Assembly: GCA_951406725.2 (NCBI GenBank)
Contig: OX597828.1
Location: 60,078,001 to 60,142,000 of the forward strand
Direction of reading: 5' to 3'
From: Octopus vulgaris
Taxonomy: Eukaryota
Length of the DNA: 64,000 bases
The notes beneath the pieces are model-generated. The model was not told where the DNA came from and did not search any database. It worked only from the letters and a program-made list of their open reading frames with translations. Shown in pieces: positions 50,985 to 62,675 of the stretch. The translations under genes and the position numbers were made by a program. How positions within the stretch are numbered: the stretch's first letter is position 1; each line of letters starts with the position of its first letter.

Positions 50985-53290
50985 ATCCTCGACAGAGCCA
51001 GATACACTCCAAAGTTGGTCATTCCTAATTAATTGGGCAGTAACTCTCTGTAATTTGCATCACCTGATCCAGGAGTTAGACACCTCTATATTTACTTCTA
51101 TTTAACACATCACCCTTACCCTTGTAGCAGCTAACAGTTATGCTGCTATGCCAGTCTCTGGGTATTACATCTTCCTGAATGACCTGATTAACCCTTTCGT
51201 TACTATATTTCTGACCAAAATACACCCCTCATGTGTTTCAATTAAATTCTAAAATAATCATGAATCTAGGCTTGTTTCATTAAATAACTGTAACTTTTTT
51301 ACTTATCAACATATTAATGTGATATTTGGAACATAATTAAAGAAAGGGTTCTTAATCAATTCTATTGCATAACTTTTGTCTCAAAGTGACTTTAATTACA
51401 GGTAAATCCAGGTAAATTGAGCAAAAGGTAAAAATATTAAAATTTTAAATTGAGCAAAAGGTAAAAATATTAAAATTTTGTTTAAATATCACCATAGAAA
51501 ATGAATCATCAGCTAATATTCAAATGGGTATGCAACAAAATTTTGATAAAGAAGAATTGTGCACATCACTATATCATCAGTTGAATTTAATGCACAACAG
51601 GTGTACCATAAAGGTGGAATAAAGTGAAATACTGGAATCCACCGCAAGTTTGACCGAACTAAAGAAATCGATCAAAAAATAATATACGGCCCTGGTTATG
51701 GTATGGAAATGATAAATTCCAGACCACATCGTTTCCTAGGCCATGCTGACTAACATTATTTTCCCTGTATAAAAACTAAATCCACACAGTACCCAGTATT
51801 TGCTTCACAAATTTTTCCGAAATTTGAACCCCCATTTTGTGTTTGTTTACATTCTGCGTAAGTTTGTTTCCACATTGATCGCTTCAAACAATAACTTCCA
51901 GATCACATCATACCCTAAGCCATGCTGACTAGCATTAGTTTCCTTGTATAAAAACTAAATCCATAACAGTACCCAGTATTTGCTTCACAAATTTTCCAAT
52001 TCAGAATCAATGCTTGATAACATGAAACTCCTATCAATTTTCAAAGTTGAAGAAAAATCGATGCCGAAAAAAATGTGGAAAAAAATCTCCCAAAATTCAG
52101 GGAATTAAAATTACACGTCGATCGTTGTACAAAACTGTAGATGAACTGTTTACGAAGTATAATCACGTGTTTTCACGAATGTACTAAAGAGATTTGCTCT
52201 GATATTCTCATTTAAATATGAATAGGTAAATACGGGCGGGTTTGGGCGGTTTGGTCACCAGCTTGTGTCCTGCCTTACCAGATATTTTGAGCATCTCAGC
52301 TGTGATTCCAGATGGACCAAGAGCTTTCCCAGTTTTCATGTTTTTAACTGCCTTAGTTCACTAAGATAGTTAGTCCCTCTATTGAGCTCACATGAGAGAG
52401 ACTCCTTTCATCACATTGAGTGCAAGCATGCCATTATCTGTCCATACACATTGATCTCCTACAATATCCTGATTATCACTGACACATTGTCTGACAATCT
52501 GGAACACTTCAAATCTCTGCTGTAGGAATTTGGCAAATCTCTTCTTTTCTGTTTCTACTCTAGCTAGATAGACTTGATGTCTAGCCTCCTTTTTAGCTTT
52601 CTGATAAGATTCTCTATCGCCACTCCATCTTTTCTCTTTTATGTCCCTGTCAACATCACTGTTCCACCACCATGTCACTCTTGGTCTGGCAGGAACTTTG
52701 CTCCAACCATAGATTTGGTCTGTTGCCCTTAGTAGATGATCCCTTAGGAACCTCCAGTTGTCTTCTGTATCATATGTCTCTCTCTCCCTCCTTCTCATCA
52801 TAAGCCTCATTGAGGACATCTCTAATTCTCTGCCCATTTGAAGGATCTTTCAGCTTCCACAGCCTCCTTTTTTATATTGGCTTACATCTCGGGATAGTTC
52901 TGGTTTTAAGCTTATGCTGAGTTGTACATTCTTCTCCTGGGAAGGATTTTGCATTTATGAGCATATATCTATCCCTGTGTTTTGTAAGGATGTAATCAAT
53001 CTGGCTGGTGTGTCCCCCAGATTGATAAATGATCAGATGGTTAGTGTTACAGACCTGTAAGTCATGGGCATCGCAAAACTCCAGCAGTTTCGTCTCTTCC
53101 TCATTTCTGGAGCCAAAGCTATGGCCATTATGTGCGCCCCAAAATCCATCAGAGTGTTGTCCAATATATTCATTGAAGTCCCTTACTATGATAAGAATGT
53201 CGTTGTCTTTCATCATTGAGGTAGTTCTCAGAAGAGATTCATAGGAGTAGTCCTTCTAAGCATCTGTGATTCTGGCATGTGGAGCATACA
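50985..53290 (-). mobile_element. Degraded RTE LINE (endonuclease to RT start) interrupted by a piggyBac MITE
   Basis: ORFs 52872-53216 (DFNEYIG, SQIDYIL) and 52388-52837; continues at 50985-51190. Confidence 0.85.
51192..52259 (-). mobile_element. piggyBac-type MITE, related subfamily, one terminus lost
   Basis: TTAA|CCCTTTCGTTACTATATTTCTGACC; 52080-52259 is the reverse complement of the 5' end of the 23124 element; different interior. Confidence 0.85.
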
Positions 53291-53307
53291 CGCGCACACA
53301 CACATAT

Positions 53308-53505
53308 ATTGGTTTCAAATTTTGTTACAAGGCCAGCAATTTCAGGGGGGTGGATAAGTCAGTTACATCAATCCCAACTGGTACTTACTTTATTATCTCT
53401 AAAAGGATGAAAGGCAAACTCAACCTCAATGGAATTTGAACTCAGAATGTGAAGTTGGGCAAAATGCGATTAAGCACTTTGCCTAGTGTGCTAATGATTC
53501 TGCTA
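53308..53505 (-). mobile_element. SINE (same family as 25690-25910)
   Basis: AAAGGATGAAAGGCAAA..GGAATTTGAACTCAGAA. Confidence 0.75.
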
Positions 53506-53849
53506 TGCTTCTTAAACACTACCCTTGTGTGAGAGGATGTTTTATTGCAGGTGGACAGATCTTCTGTAGTACTGCATATTGCCGGTCCTTGTCAGTTCCT
53601 TAGTGAGATATAGCATCTTCATCATACTGATTTTTACTCACAAAACACTTATGAACTTGACTCTGTGTATGGAAAGAGTTAACTTTAGTAAATGCACCCA
53701 AGAACCAAGTGGTATGTTTAAACTAGGTGATGGATTAAGTCTACCACCTAAGCTGCTGCAATTACTATGACAGTGTCTATAGAAATATTTAATTTGTTTC
53801 AAATACGTTTTTATTCATTATTATAACATAATCATTTTTTTTATTTTAG

Positions 53850-53964
53850 TCAATCAACCTGGAACAGAATCAAATAAACAAAATTCCTTATGGTATATTT
53901 TCTCGGGCCCAATATTTGACAAAGCTCAATATGAAAGACAATCAGTTAACATCATTACCTTTGG
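53850..53964 (+). CDS. SHOC2: SHOC2/Sur-8 leucine-rich repeat protein, internal exon (phase 0 to 1)
   Basis: Poly-T TTTTAG acceptor and G|GTAAGT donor; [38 protein letters not shown] matches recalled human SHOC2 [38 protein letters not shown]. Confidence 0.93.
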
Positions 53965-54057
53965 GTAAGTTTTATAATCACAATTTATTCTTAATATTTA
54001 TTTTATTAATTAATGGTATTTTAAAATTAAATTGTTTTATTCTTTCTGCATATTCAG

Positions 54058-54182
54058 ACATTGGAACTTGGTTAAATATGGTAGAGTTAAATCTAGGTAC
54101 AAATCAACTATCCAAGATTCCTGAAGATATTCAAGATCTACAAAAGCTTGAGGTTCTCACACTCAGTAATAACCTCCTTCGG
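54058..54182 (+). CDS. SHOC2: SHOC2/Sur-8 internal exon (phase 1 to 0)
   Basis: TTCAG acceptor and CGG|GTAAGT donor; [42 protein letters not shown] matches recalled [42 protein letters not shown]. Confidence 0.93.
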
Positions 54183-54716
54183 GTAAGTAACCTCTTATGA
54201 ATCACTTAATATATTTATCTATGTTAACTATGAGCATATGTACATACACAAAAATTAGCAAAATGTAAAAGGAAAGTGAATATCAAGTACAAGTAGAACC
54301 CACATCACATATTAATGCTATGGTAGATTTATCATGTTTGTAATGGGAGAAAATGCTTTTTCTCATTAGATAACAATTTTGAATGTACATCATGAGTAAA
54401 GGTCATTCAGTTACCACTGAATATCATTTTTTTGCAAAAAAGTTAGTTGAATACAGCAAGAAGTGTATAGACTGTCATATTTCTGTTTTCTAAATTGATC
54501 TGTTATATACTTTCAAAGACATGAAAAAGTATTCATAACAAAATATTTTTATATTTTATGATACTTAAGTTAAATATCTTTTTCAGTAAGCTAATTTTGT
54601 TGCATGAAAATATTTCTGTATTAAATGTAAATGTCAGAAATGAACAGGAAGCATAACTGTTAAAATATACCAGCAAATATTTGAGTATCATACTGTGTTT
54701 GCTTTCTGTTTATCTC

Positions 54717-54992
54717 CTGTTCATATGGTGTAGTGGTTAAGAGTGCAGACTACTAACCCCTAGATCCTGAGTTCGATTCCAGGCAGTGACCTGAATAGTA
54801 ATAACAATAATAATAATAACATAAAAAATACCTTAGGAATGAGAACACAGGTATGAAATTTCCCCAAAACACCTGATGAAGGCTGGAGTGTATATCAGCC
54901 AAAACATTGTGTTAACAACGAACAAGACGAGGACAAATATCCGTCAACTGTAAATAATGTATGTAATTCCTCATCTCTTAAATATAGAACTG
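54717..54992 (+). mobile_element. SINE-like element: tRNA-derived head + (AAT)n linker + hammerhead-containing tail
   Basis: A box TGGTGTAGTGG, B box GAGTTCGATTCC; ACAC-CTGATGA-AGGCTG..CAGCC-AAAACATT-GTGT at 54869-54912. Confidence 0.75.
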
Positions 54993-56650
54993 CACTTTCC
55001 AAGTATTTGAAGTCGTTCATGTTGTTGCATGTTCCACATTCTTTTACTAAAAATTCTGATTCATTTTCTGATTTGAATTCTACCCTTGTGAGGTGTTTTT
55101 TAAGATTTTTTGGTTGGTGTCTGCTATTCCATAAGATGTGTTTTTCAATCAGATTTTTCATTTTGGGGCTTTGTAGGAGTATAGATAAGTTCAATTTTAT
55201 GGCAAGAAAGATGTTGGTTATTCCAGGGCTGTGTGTATTAAGGAATAGAATCATATTTTCATTAACTTTTTCCTTAGGTGTCCGTAGTTCAGTTTCATCG
55301 CCTTTTTAATTCCCTCATTAATTAATCCTAAGGGGCATTTCTGCATTGTGAGGAAGCCTTTGAGTTTGTTGAGTTAGATTTCACATATTTTGGGGTCAAT
55401 CACTATAGCACAAATGCATCTTGCCATGCTGTATGGGATTTTTCTTTTGATGTGTGATGGATGACAAGAGTAGAGATTTAAATATTGGTGTGTGTCATTT
55501 CTTTTGTAAATTAAGTCTGTTGTGACTTTGGAGTTCTGTATTTTTATGTGGATATCTAGGAATGGTAGTTCATTGCAAATGGATTCTGTCATGAATTTGA
55601 TGGATGGGTGAAGTGTGTTCAGTATATTGTTAAATATATTTAGATCTTCATTCAATTTATCTCAGAATATGAAGCAACCATCAAGGAAGCATTTCCACTA
55701 CACTCACGGAGTGGTTGACATTAGGAAGGGCATCCAGCTGTAGAAACACTGCCAAATCAGACTGGAGCCTGGTGTAGCCTCCTGGCTTCCCAGACCCCGG
55801 TCGAACCGTCCAACCCATGCTAGCATAGAAAACGAACGTTAAATGATGATGATGATGACGACGACGACGATTTCTTGTACTCCTGATCAAAAGTTTTTTC
55901 TACTTCCTCATAAAGCTTTTCTTCCAAGTATCCCATAACTAAGATTGCATATGAGGGTGCAAACCATGTATCCATAGCTGTGCCCTTTATATGTCGATAT
56001 TTTTTACTGTCGAATCTAAAGGTATTTTCTTCTAGTACTAGGCATGTGGCCTTGGTGATGAAGTCAGTCTTGAAGCATTCATTTATCCGTCCTCTCTGTT
56101 TCTCTACCCAGTGTTTTATTGCTTCGAGGCCTAAAGTGTGAGATATATTAGTATAGAGATTGGTGACATCAAAACTTGTGAGTATAGTACCTTCTGCAAC
56201 AATGGGAGGGATGTGTTGGATGAAATCTATGCCATAACTGGGTATTAAAGGGCACAAAGGTTTTAGGTGTATATCTAAAAAAATGACTTAGTTGTTGTGA
56301 TGGTGCTTGAGGTCCAGCAACTGTTGGTCTTAATTTGAGGTCAGCAGGCCTTAGTATTTTTACGTACTGGTTCTTCTGCTTATTTATGGCACTTTGTGGA
56401 TTTGGGGTAATCCGTAGATATTGCTCTCTTTGATTACAGAGTTGCATATATAATCTTTCTCCTTGTCTGTGATGACATCTTGGAATTCATTGATTAATCT
56501 TCTAATTTTATTCATTATCGTTTTTTTCTGAGTGTCTTGGTTCTTCCTTGTAGTAGGTTTGGTTTGTTAACATTTCCAATATTTTATCTCTATAGTAGTT
56601 CTTGTCCATAATTACTATTGCCCCTCCCTTATCAGCTTCTTTTAGGAGGA
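54993..56650 (-). mobile_element. Degraded Penelope-like RT, with an RTE tail inserted at ~55696-55870
   Basis: KEADKGGAIVIMD, LRPTVAGP, SFDVTNLYTNI, KGTAMDTWFAPSYAILVMG, LPFLDI, SCHPSHIKRKIPYS. Confidence 0.9.
55696..55870 (+). mobile_element. Extreme 3' terminus of RTE (short insertion) with (GAT)n(GAC)n tail
   Basis: CCACTACACTCACGGAGTGG..AGGAAGGGCATCCAGCTGTAGAAAC..TGATGATGAT. Confidence 0.9.
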
Positions 56651-57630
56651 TATATATATATATATATATATTCCATATGAACTCAACCAGACCTGTACAT
56701 GTGACCAACTCAGATTTGGCTCAAATTTTATTGCCAATACCTCTATATGCATAAGGAATACATGCATACTTTTAGGGTTCAACCTCTTGAGGGTTTCAAA
56801 CATGTGCTCAACCAAAATTTGAGGGCCACATCCCTCATGGAGTGTGAATGTCAAGTTATACAGATTTTGGTGCTGACTATCTTTAAAACATATCATGGTA
56901 TTTAACTGAAATTGGCTACCCTGGGTAATCTGAACCCAGCCTGGCAGAATCTGTTATCAGAATTCCTCTATCTTTGTGCATTTACAAGTTATTGACCTTT
57001 CAAATATGAACCTTTTCATGAGTGGAAATTTTTAAAAATTAACATTTGAGGATCCCCCATGAGCCCAAGATGTCTAATACAAGCAAACCTCTGCTGAGTT
57101 TCTTCAATTTGGGGACTGAGCTTTCCATGATAAGAATATTGACAAATATACAAGGCATAACATAATATTTAGAGGCCTCTGAATATGGTTCCGGGTGAAA
57201 AAAAGTCATTTTTTTGACAATATGTGACTCACAAGCTCACCATGTAGGCAATTAAACAAGGGAATAAAAATTGTTCTCCAAGAATGCATGTATCTAAACT
57301 TTACTCATTCAAACTTTCAACATATTTTCTCATGACCTTCATAGTTAATTTTTTCAAATATATGCTTTTTAGCTAAATCATACAATTCTCTGAGAGAACC
57401 TCTATAGTTTTCATGATCACACAAGATCAGTAAAAGTGTAGATATAAGCCTATTTGGTAACAAAGATCTTATTGTACATATAAAACATTCTCAGTATTTT
57501 TAAATAATGTTGTTTTTATACTGAAATGCTTATAGCATTAAAGAAAAACTTAGTTCAAGTAACTTTTAATTACAATTTGAAATTTTATTGATTTACAATG
57601 TATTGATTACATGTTAACAAAAACTTATAT

Positions 57631-59667
57631 TGTTGTGGTTCAGTGGGTACAGTACTTCTTGTGACCTACTTTTGGGGTAAACCGATTGTTCTGTCGGATT
57701 CACGAAAGAGTAATGGCTTTTGGAAGGACCCCTACCCTTTTGCCGGTCAGGGAAAGTTCGTTCTAGAGGAGGACAGACAGATGGTATTGCAGAGCTGGGA
57801 GAGAGAGAGTGACAGTGACAGCGTCGATGAGGACAGACAGATTAAGGAATCTGAGCGGCGATAGAGAGAGTATTAGAGCTAAGAGAGAGATTGAGGGTAG
57901 TGACAGAGCAAGAGGTTTTTGGCAGTCGGTATTTGGTTGTCAAGGCGAGCGGTTGGATTTAGGAGCGAGGATTTGGAATTCAAGGCAAGCGTTTAGCAGG
58001 TTGGAGTTAGCAGTACTGAGAGAGATGAGGTGCAATATGAGACACTGGCTATTCTAGTAGGAACTAAGGTACGTGAATTGTGTATTGATATGTGAAGAAA
58101 AAGAAGGAAAAAGAATCGATGTAAAGAGACTGTTGAAAAGAAATGAGACAGTGAAAAGAGCAATGTGAACTGTGTAAAGACATTGTGTACAGAGTTATTG
58201 GAAAGAGAACTGTGTAATGAACATTGAACTGTATAGGCCTTTAATGTCCTTTGAACTGTAACTTTAATGTGATTTGAAACAGAGCTGTTGTCTCCGGACG
58301 TGTACTCTTGAAATGCTTTGATCTGTGGTATACCTGTATGATGTATTGAGTTGTTGTTTAATTGTTACCGGACAGTTTAACCCTTTCGTTACCAAACCGC
58401 CCAAAGCCGCCCGAATTTACCTATTCATATTTAAATGAGAATATCAGAGCAAATCTCTTCAGTACATTCGTGAAAACACGTATTATACTTCGTAAACAGT
58501 TCAACTACAGTTTTGTACAATAATCGAAGTGTAATTTTAATTCCGTGAATTTTGGGAGATTTTTTTCCGAAATTTGTTCCTATTGTGTTTTCAAAATTTG
58601 TAATTCTGACAAAAAATGGATACGAATTTCATTATATCAAGCAGCGAGTCAGAATTCGAAGGATTTTCTACTGAAGACCTTCATAAATCTAACTCTATGA
58701 CTGAAAAAAAAAAGCATGTGGTATTTGATAATGAATCTGATGTTTCATTTTCCGAAAGTGAAAACACTGAATCTGAGATCTCCGATAGCGATAAAGAAAA
58801 CGAATTGGCACCTGAATGGAGTGAAAATTTAAAAACTGTTTCTTTCGGTGATTTTTCTGAAGAAACTGGACCAAGCCACAGACTTTCCCAGGAGAGTAAA
58901 GCCTTAGACTATTTCTTTTTACTTTTTCGAATGAGCCTATTTGAAATCATTACAGCGGAGACGAACCGTTACGCTAAACGTAAACAAAGCAAAAGAAACG
59001 ATAGTTAGTGGTTTCCCTCAACCTTAAATGAAATTAAGACTATTTTGCCGTAAATATTATTATGGGTATCAGAAAGTTACCCAGAATAACAAATTCTATC
59101 GTAAAATTTTGTTATATACCCAATTGAATATTAGCTAATAACCCATTTTCTATAGCGATGTTTGAACAAAATTTTAATAATTTTATATTTTGTGGTATTT
59201 ACCTGTATCTACCTGCAATTAGAGTCACTTTGGGACAAAAATTATAGTATAGAATTGGTTGAGAATATTTCATTAAATTATCTTCCAAAAATCAGATTGA
59301 TATATCGATAAATAAAAAAGTTATAGTTGTTTAATGAAACCAGACTAAATTTATGATTACGTTAGAAATTAATTGAAACACATAAGGGGTGTAATTTGGT
59401 CAGAAATATAGTAACGAAAGGGTTAAATGCTGTGATGTGTTGATTCCGTTACTTGCTTGTATTTACCTGTTTCTTGCATGTGTTATCTTTAAATGTACTT
59501 GATGTTGTAATAGTCATATAAACTAGTTGTTAAATGTAAGCCAATTGCCTTCCGCTGTATCTCTGTGTCTCTTCTTCCTGCTGCTGTTGTTGTTGTCTCT
59601 CTCTCCTCTCCGAATTTCCGTGGCGAACTTTCCCGTTCGGGCGAGCGACGGCAGGTGGTCCGTAACA
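57631..59667. mobile_element. Solo LTR (Gypsy-like, ~1 kb after removing the nested MITE)
   Basis: TGTTGTGG...CCGTAACA termini; ATAT 4 bp TSD on both sides. Confidence 0.8.
58381..59422 (+). mobile_element. piggyBac-type MITE (close copy of 23124-24211)
   Basis: TTAA TSDs; CCCTTTCGTTAC / GTAACGAAAGGG; ORF 58616-59008 is a transposase N-terminus. Confidence 0.93.
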
Positions 59668-62438
59668 ATATTAATAGACAATTATAATACTTAGGTATTT
59701 TTGACAGTAAACAAGATATAAATTATGACAATCTCTTCTGGATGAGAGCAGCATCCTCAGGGGCAAGCTTATAAAACCAGTCCCTGCTTCTTGGGTGCTG
59801 AAAGTAAGCAGATAATGTTCTGTAAGGGCACCTAATAAGCATTGCTACAGACCAAAGAAGGTTATGATAGAAGTCCTGCAATTAATTGGTGCATGAAATT
59901 GATTAATACATCGTGGTTTTCATTTGAGCATTCAACAGTACAACTAATGTACCAATACAACATATTTTCAGGGCTGTAACTTTGACATATCTAACTCAGA
60001 TGCTAGCTGCTCTTCACTTAGAAGAGTGAAATGGTCATCAGCTGATATTCTTTTCATTAGCAGTTCAATTCTTGAAAAAGGAATAAAGCAGTGATGGGAT
60101 TGTGTGCCAATTAGTTTCACTGCATTGCTGAATTGTGCAGGCAAGTTTTCGTTTTGGACATCGGCAGCTAGTATGTAAAAGAACTTTATTCCTGGAATAC
60201 TTGCATATGCTCAGTCATACATCTTGGAAACCATGAGAATATGTCCTTCTGTTGTTGCTTGTAGGCTTGCTTTGACAGCTAAACATTTCACCATACCACT
60301 CTACCTCTAGCCCATGATCGTTCTCATAATGAGAGAGATTTGTTAGGTTTTTGCAGTTCTTGTATTGGCCAGCTGAGCCATCATTGAAGTACAGGAGCTT
60401 CTTCATGAATGGAAGTTCTTTTTTTGTATGTGATATCACTCTCGTAATAAAGGTATGCACTGTAGTGGTGTCCTATGTCAAGCAGTCTGATGTGACACAG
60501 ATTGAAGTGCATTGCAGGTTTCCACTGGTCTTATAGTAGATAACAAATGGGGGAATAGTTGCTTGGGCATTGTTCCAATAAAACCCTTGCACCTTGTCCT
60601 GCACTACAAAACTATAATTTTTTACAAAGTCCAACAATACTATTGCTTTGTTTGATGTCAGACTATCTTTCTGATGACTAAGGAAACTAGATTGAGCCTT
60701 TGCTATGAAATGATGCTGTTGCAGAGAATCAAATACGCTGGCAGCAGTTTGAATAAAATCATTCACTGGAGTAGTTAGGCATAAGAGGGTTGTCCACTCC
60801 ACATGTGCCTACTGTTTGCGTGTTACTAAATTATTGGAGTCAGAATCATGTGAAGAAAATATGTCTAACAAATGTTGTTCAAAGGCAATCTTCCCAGGAT
60901 ATGATTCACAGGAGCTATACAATTGTTCATGGAACAGGCCATTTTGCCAAATAACTTTTTGTAGTTGTGACTACCGGGAATGGCAGTGGCTATAAGTTTT
61001 GCATTTTGGTGTTGCTCATAGACACATATTAAGTGCATTCCTAAAGCAGTTATTGAAACTCACCATTTTAGTTGCATGTCACAAAATTTTGAAAAACCTA
61101 CCTTATCTGCAGGGTACTTCTTCCTGTATTCCATAAAAAAGTTCATGCAGATTCACAAGCAATAGCTGTTTTTGCTGGTGGACCTTTACTCTGTTCTCCT
61201 TTACAGTAACAAATTCCTTCTTACCTGGGCAAACAAGCAAATATTCCTCTGCCTCATGGAATCATATTATCCGTTCCATGACATCAGAAGCAAGTACTCG
61301 CCCACCCTTCTTTGGGTCAGGATCAATCAAATTACCCTTCACTTTCCTCAGTTGCTGTGATTTCCACTCCATTTGATCATTTACATCAAAGGTTTCGATA
61401 GTGTTTCCGTGACCAACTTTCTGGCACAAGGGTTAATAATGTGCAGTGGTGCCTCTTCTAAATTCATATTCAAAGTTGCCAAATTATATGGTAAAATTGA
61501 ATGCAAAATAATTACCATATATTCATATATTGATACGTGTTAATATTTTGAATTTAGAGGACTGTTGCGCACAAATGCCAAATATGTGTGTGCAAATTCG
61601 CTAGTGGGTATGAAATTCATTATAAATAATGAAGGAGTGTATGCTTGAATGTATTAGGGGACACCGTGTGCGTGCCAGTCCACTTCATCCAATAATTTTC
61701 CATATAACAAAAGTGTATTTGCTAAAAAATGCTATTATTTGAAAACCAAGTTAACTATGAAGGAGATGAGGAAACATGTTGAAATTTTGAACGAACAAAG
61801 TTTAGATACATGCATTCTTAGAGAACAAGTTTCAATCCCTTGTTTAATTGTCCACATGGTGAACTTGTCAAAAAAGTAATTTTTTTCACTTGTAACCATT
61901 TCCAGTGGCCTCTAAATATTATGCTATGCCTTGTACATTGTCAATACTTTTATCATGGACAGCTCAGTCTTCAAATTGAAGAAACTCAGTAGAAGTTTGC
62001 TTGTATTAGACATTTTGGCCTCATGGGGGATCCTTGAATGTTGATTATTTTTTATTTATTTCCGTCCATGAAAAGCTTCATATTTGAAAGGCCAATAACT
62101 TGAAAATGCAGTAAGAGAGAGCAATTCTAATAACAGGTTCTGACAGGCTGGGATCAGATTACCCAAGGTAGCCAACTTCAGTAAAATACCATGATATGTT
62201 TTAAAGATATTCAGCACCAAAATCTGTATAAATTAACATTCGTGTTCCACAAGGGGTGTAGCCCTCAAAATTTGGTGGGGAATATGTTTGAAACACTTAG
62301 CAATTGGATTTTTAAATCGTGCATGTGTTTCTAATGCATATAGAGATATTATCAAAAACAATTTGAGCCAAATCTGAGTTCGTCAGGTGCAAAATGTATT
62401 TGACATTGGTTGAATTCATATGGCATGACCTATATATA

Positions 62439-62560
62439 CAGGAGTTGAACAAAATAATGGAAACACCTTAAAATTTCAAACAAATTGATTTTAATATGAA
62501 GGTAGGACCACTTTTGGCAGTAATTACAGCTTGAATTCTACAAGGTATGGACATATAACA
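62439..62560. mobile_element. Tc1-like terminal fragment
   Basis: TA|CAGGAGTTGAACAAAATAATGGAAACACC resembles Tc1 TIRs; no partner end seen. Confidence 0.45.
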
Positions 62561-62590
62561 AACAATTATTTTTTAAAAAAACCATAAAAG

Positions 62591-62675
62591 GCCAACAAAT
62601 TGTTTCGACTTATATATATTTTTTCTGATATACATACATAATAATATTTCCCTTATATATAAAGTCACTTCAGGC
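62591..62675 (-). ncRNA. Degenerate hammerhead motif
   Basis: Reverse complement GC-CTGAAGT-GACTT..AAGTC-GAAAC-AATTT-GTT-GGC; A9 changed and stem I poor. Confidence 0.4.

Larger units (their letters stand above)
56673..62430 (-). mobile_element. Long-TIR (~700 bp) DNA transposon with decayed transposase (Sola2/3-like)
   Basis: 56673-57380 is the reverse complement of ~61715-62423; minus-strand LDFVKNYSFVVQDKVQGFYWNNAQATI, FNDGSAGQYKN, HGLEVEW; superfamily call from recalled motifs. Confidence 0.8.

Noticed and set aside
53916-54200. Single 94 aa ORF as a stand-alone gene
   Set aside because: It is two SHOC2 exons plus the read-through intron
54717-54790. Functional tRNA gene
   Set aside because: A and B boxes are present but I see no convincing acceptor stem or oligo-T terminator; it continues into a repeat tail, so it is treated as a SINE head
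58616-59008. Domesticated PGBD gene
   Set aside because: Only the N-terminus is present, inside a multi-copy TTAA-flanked MITE
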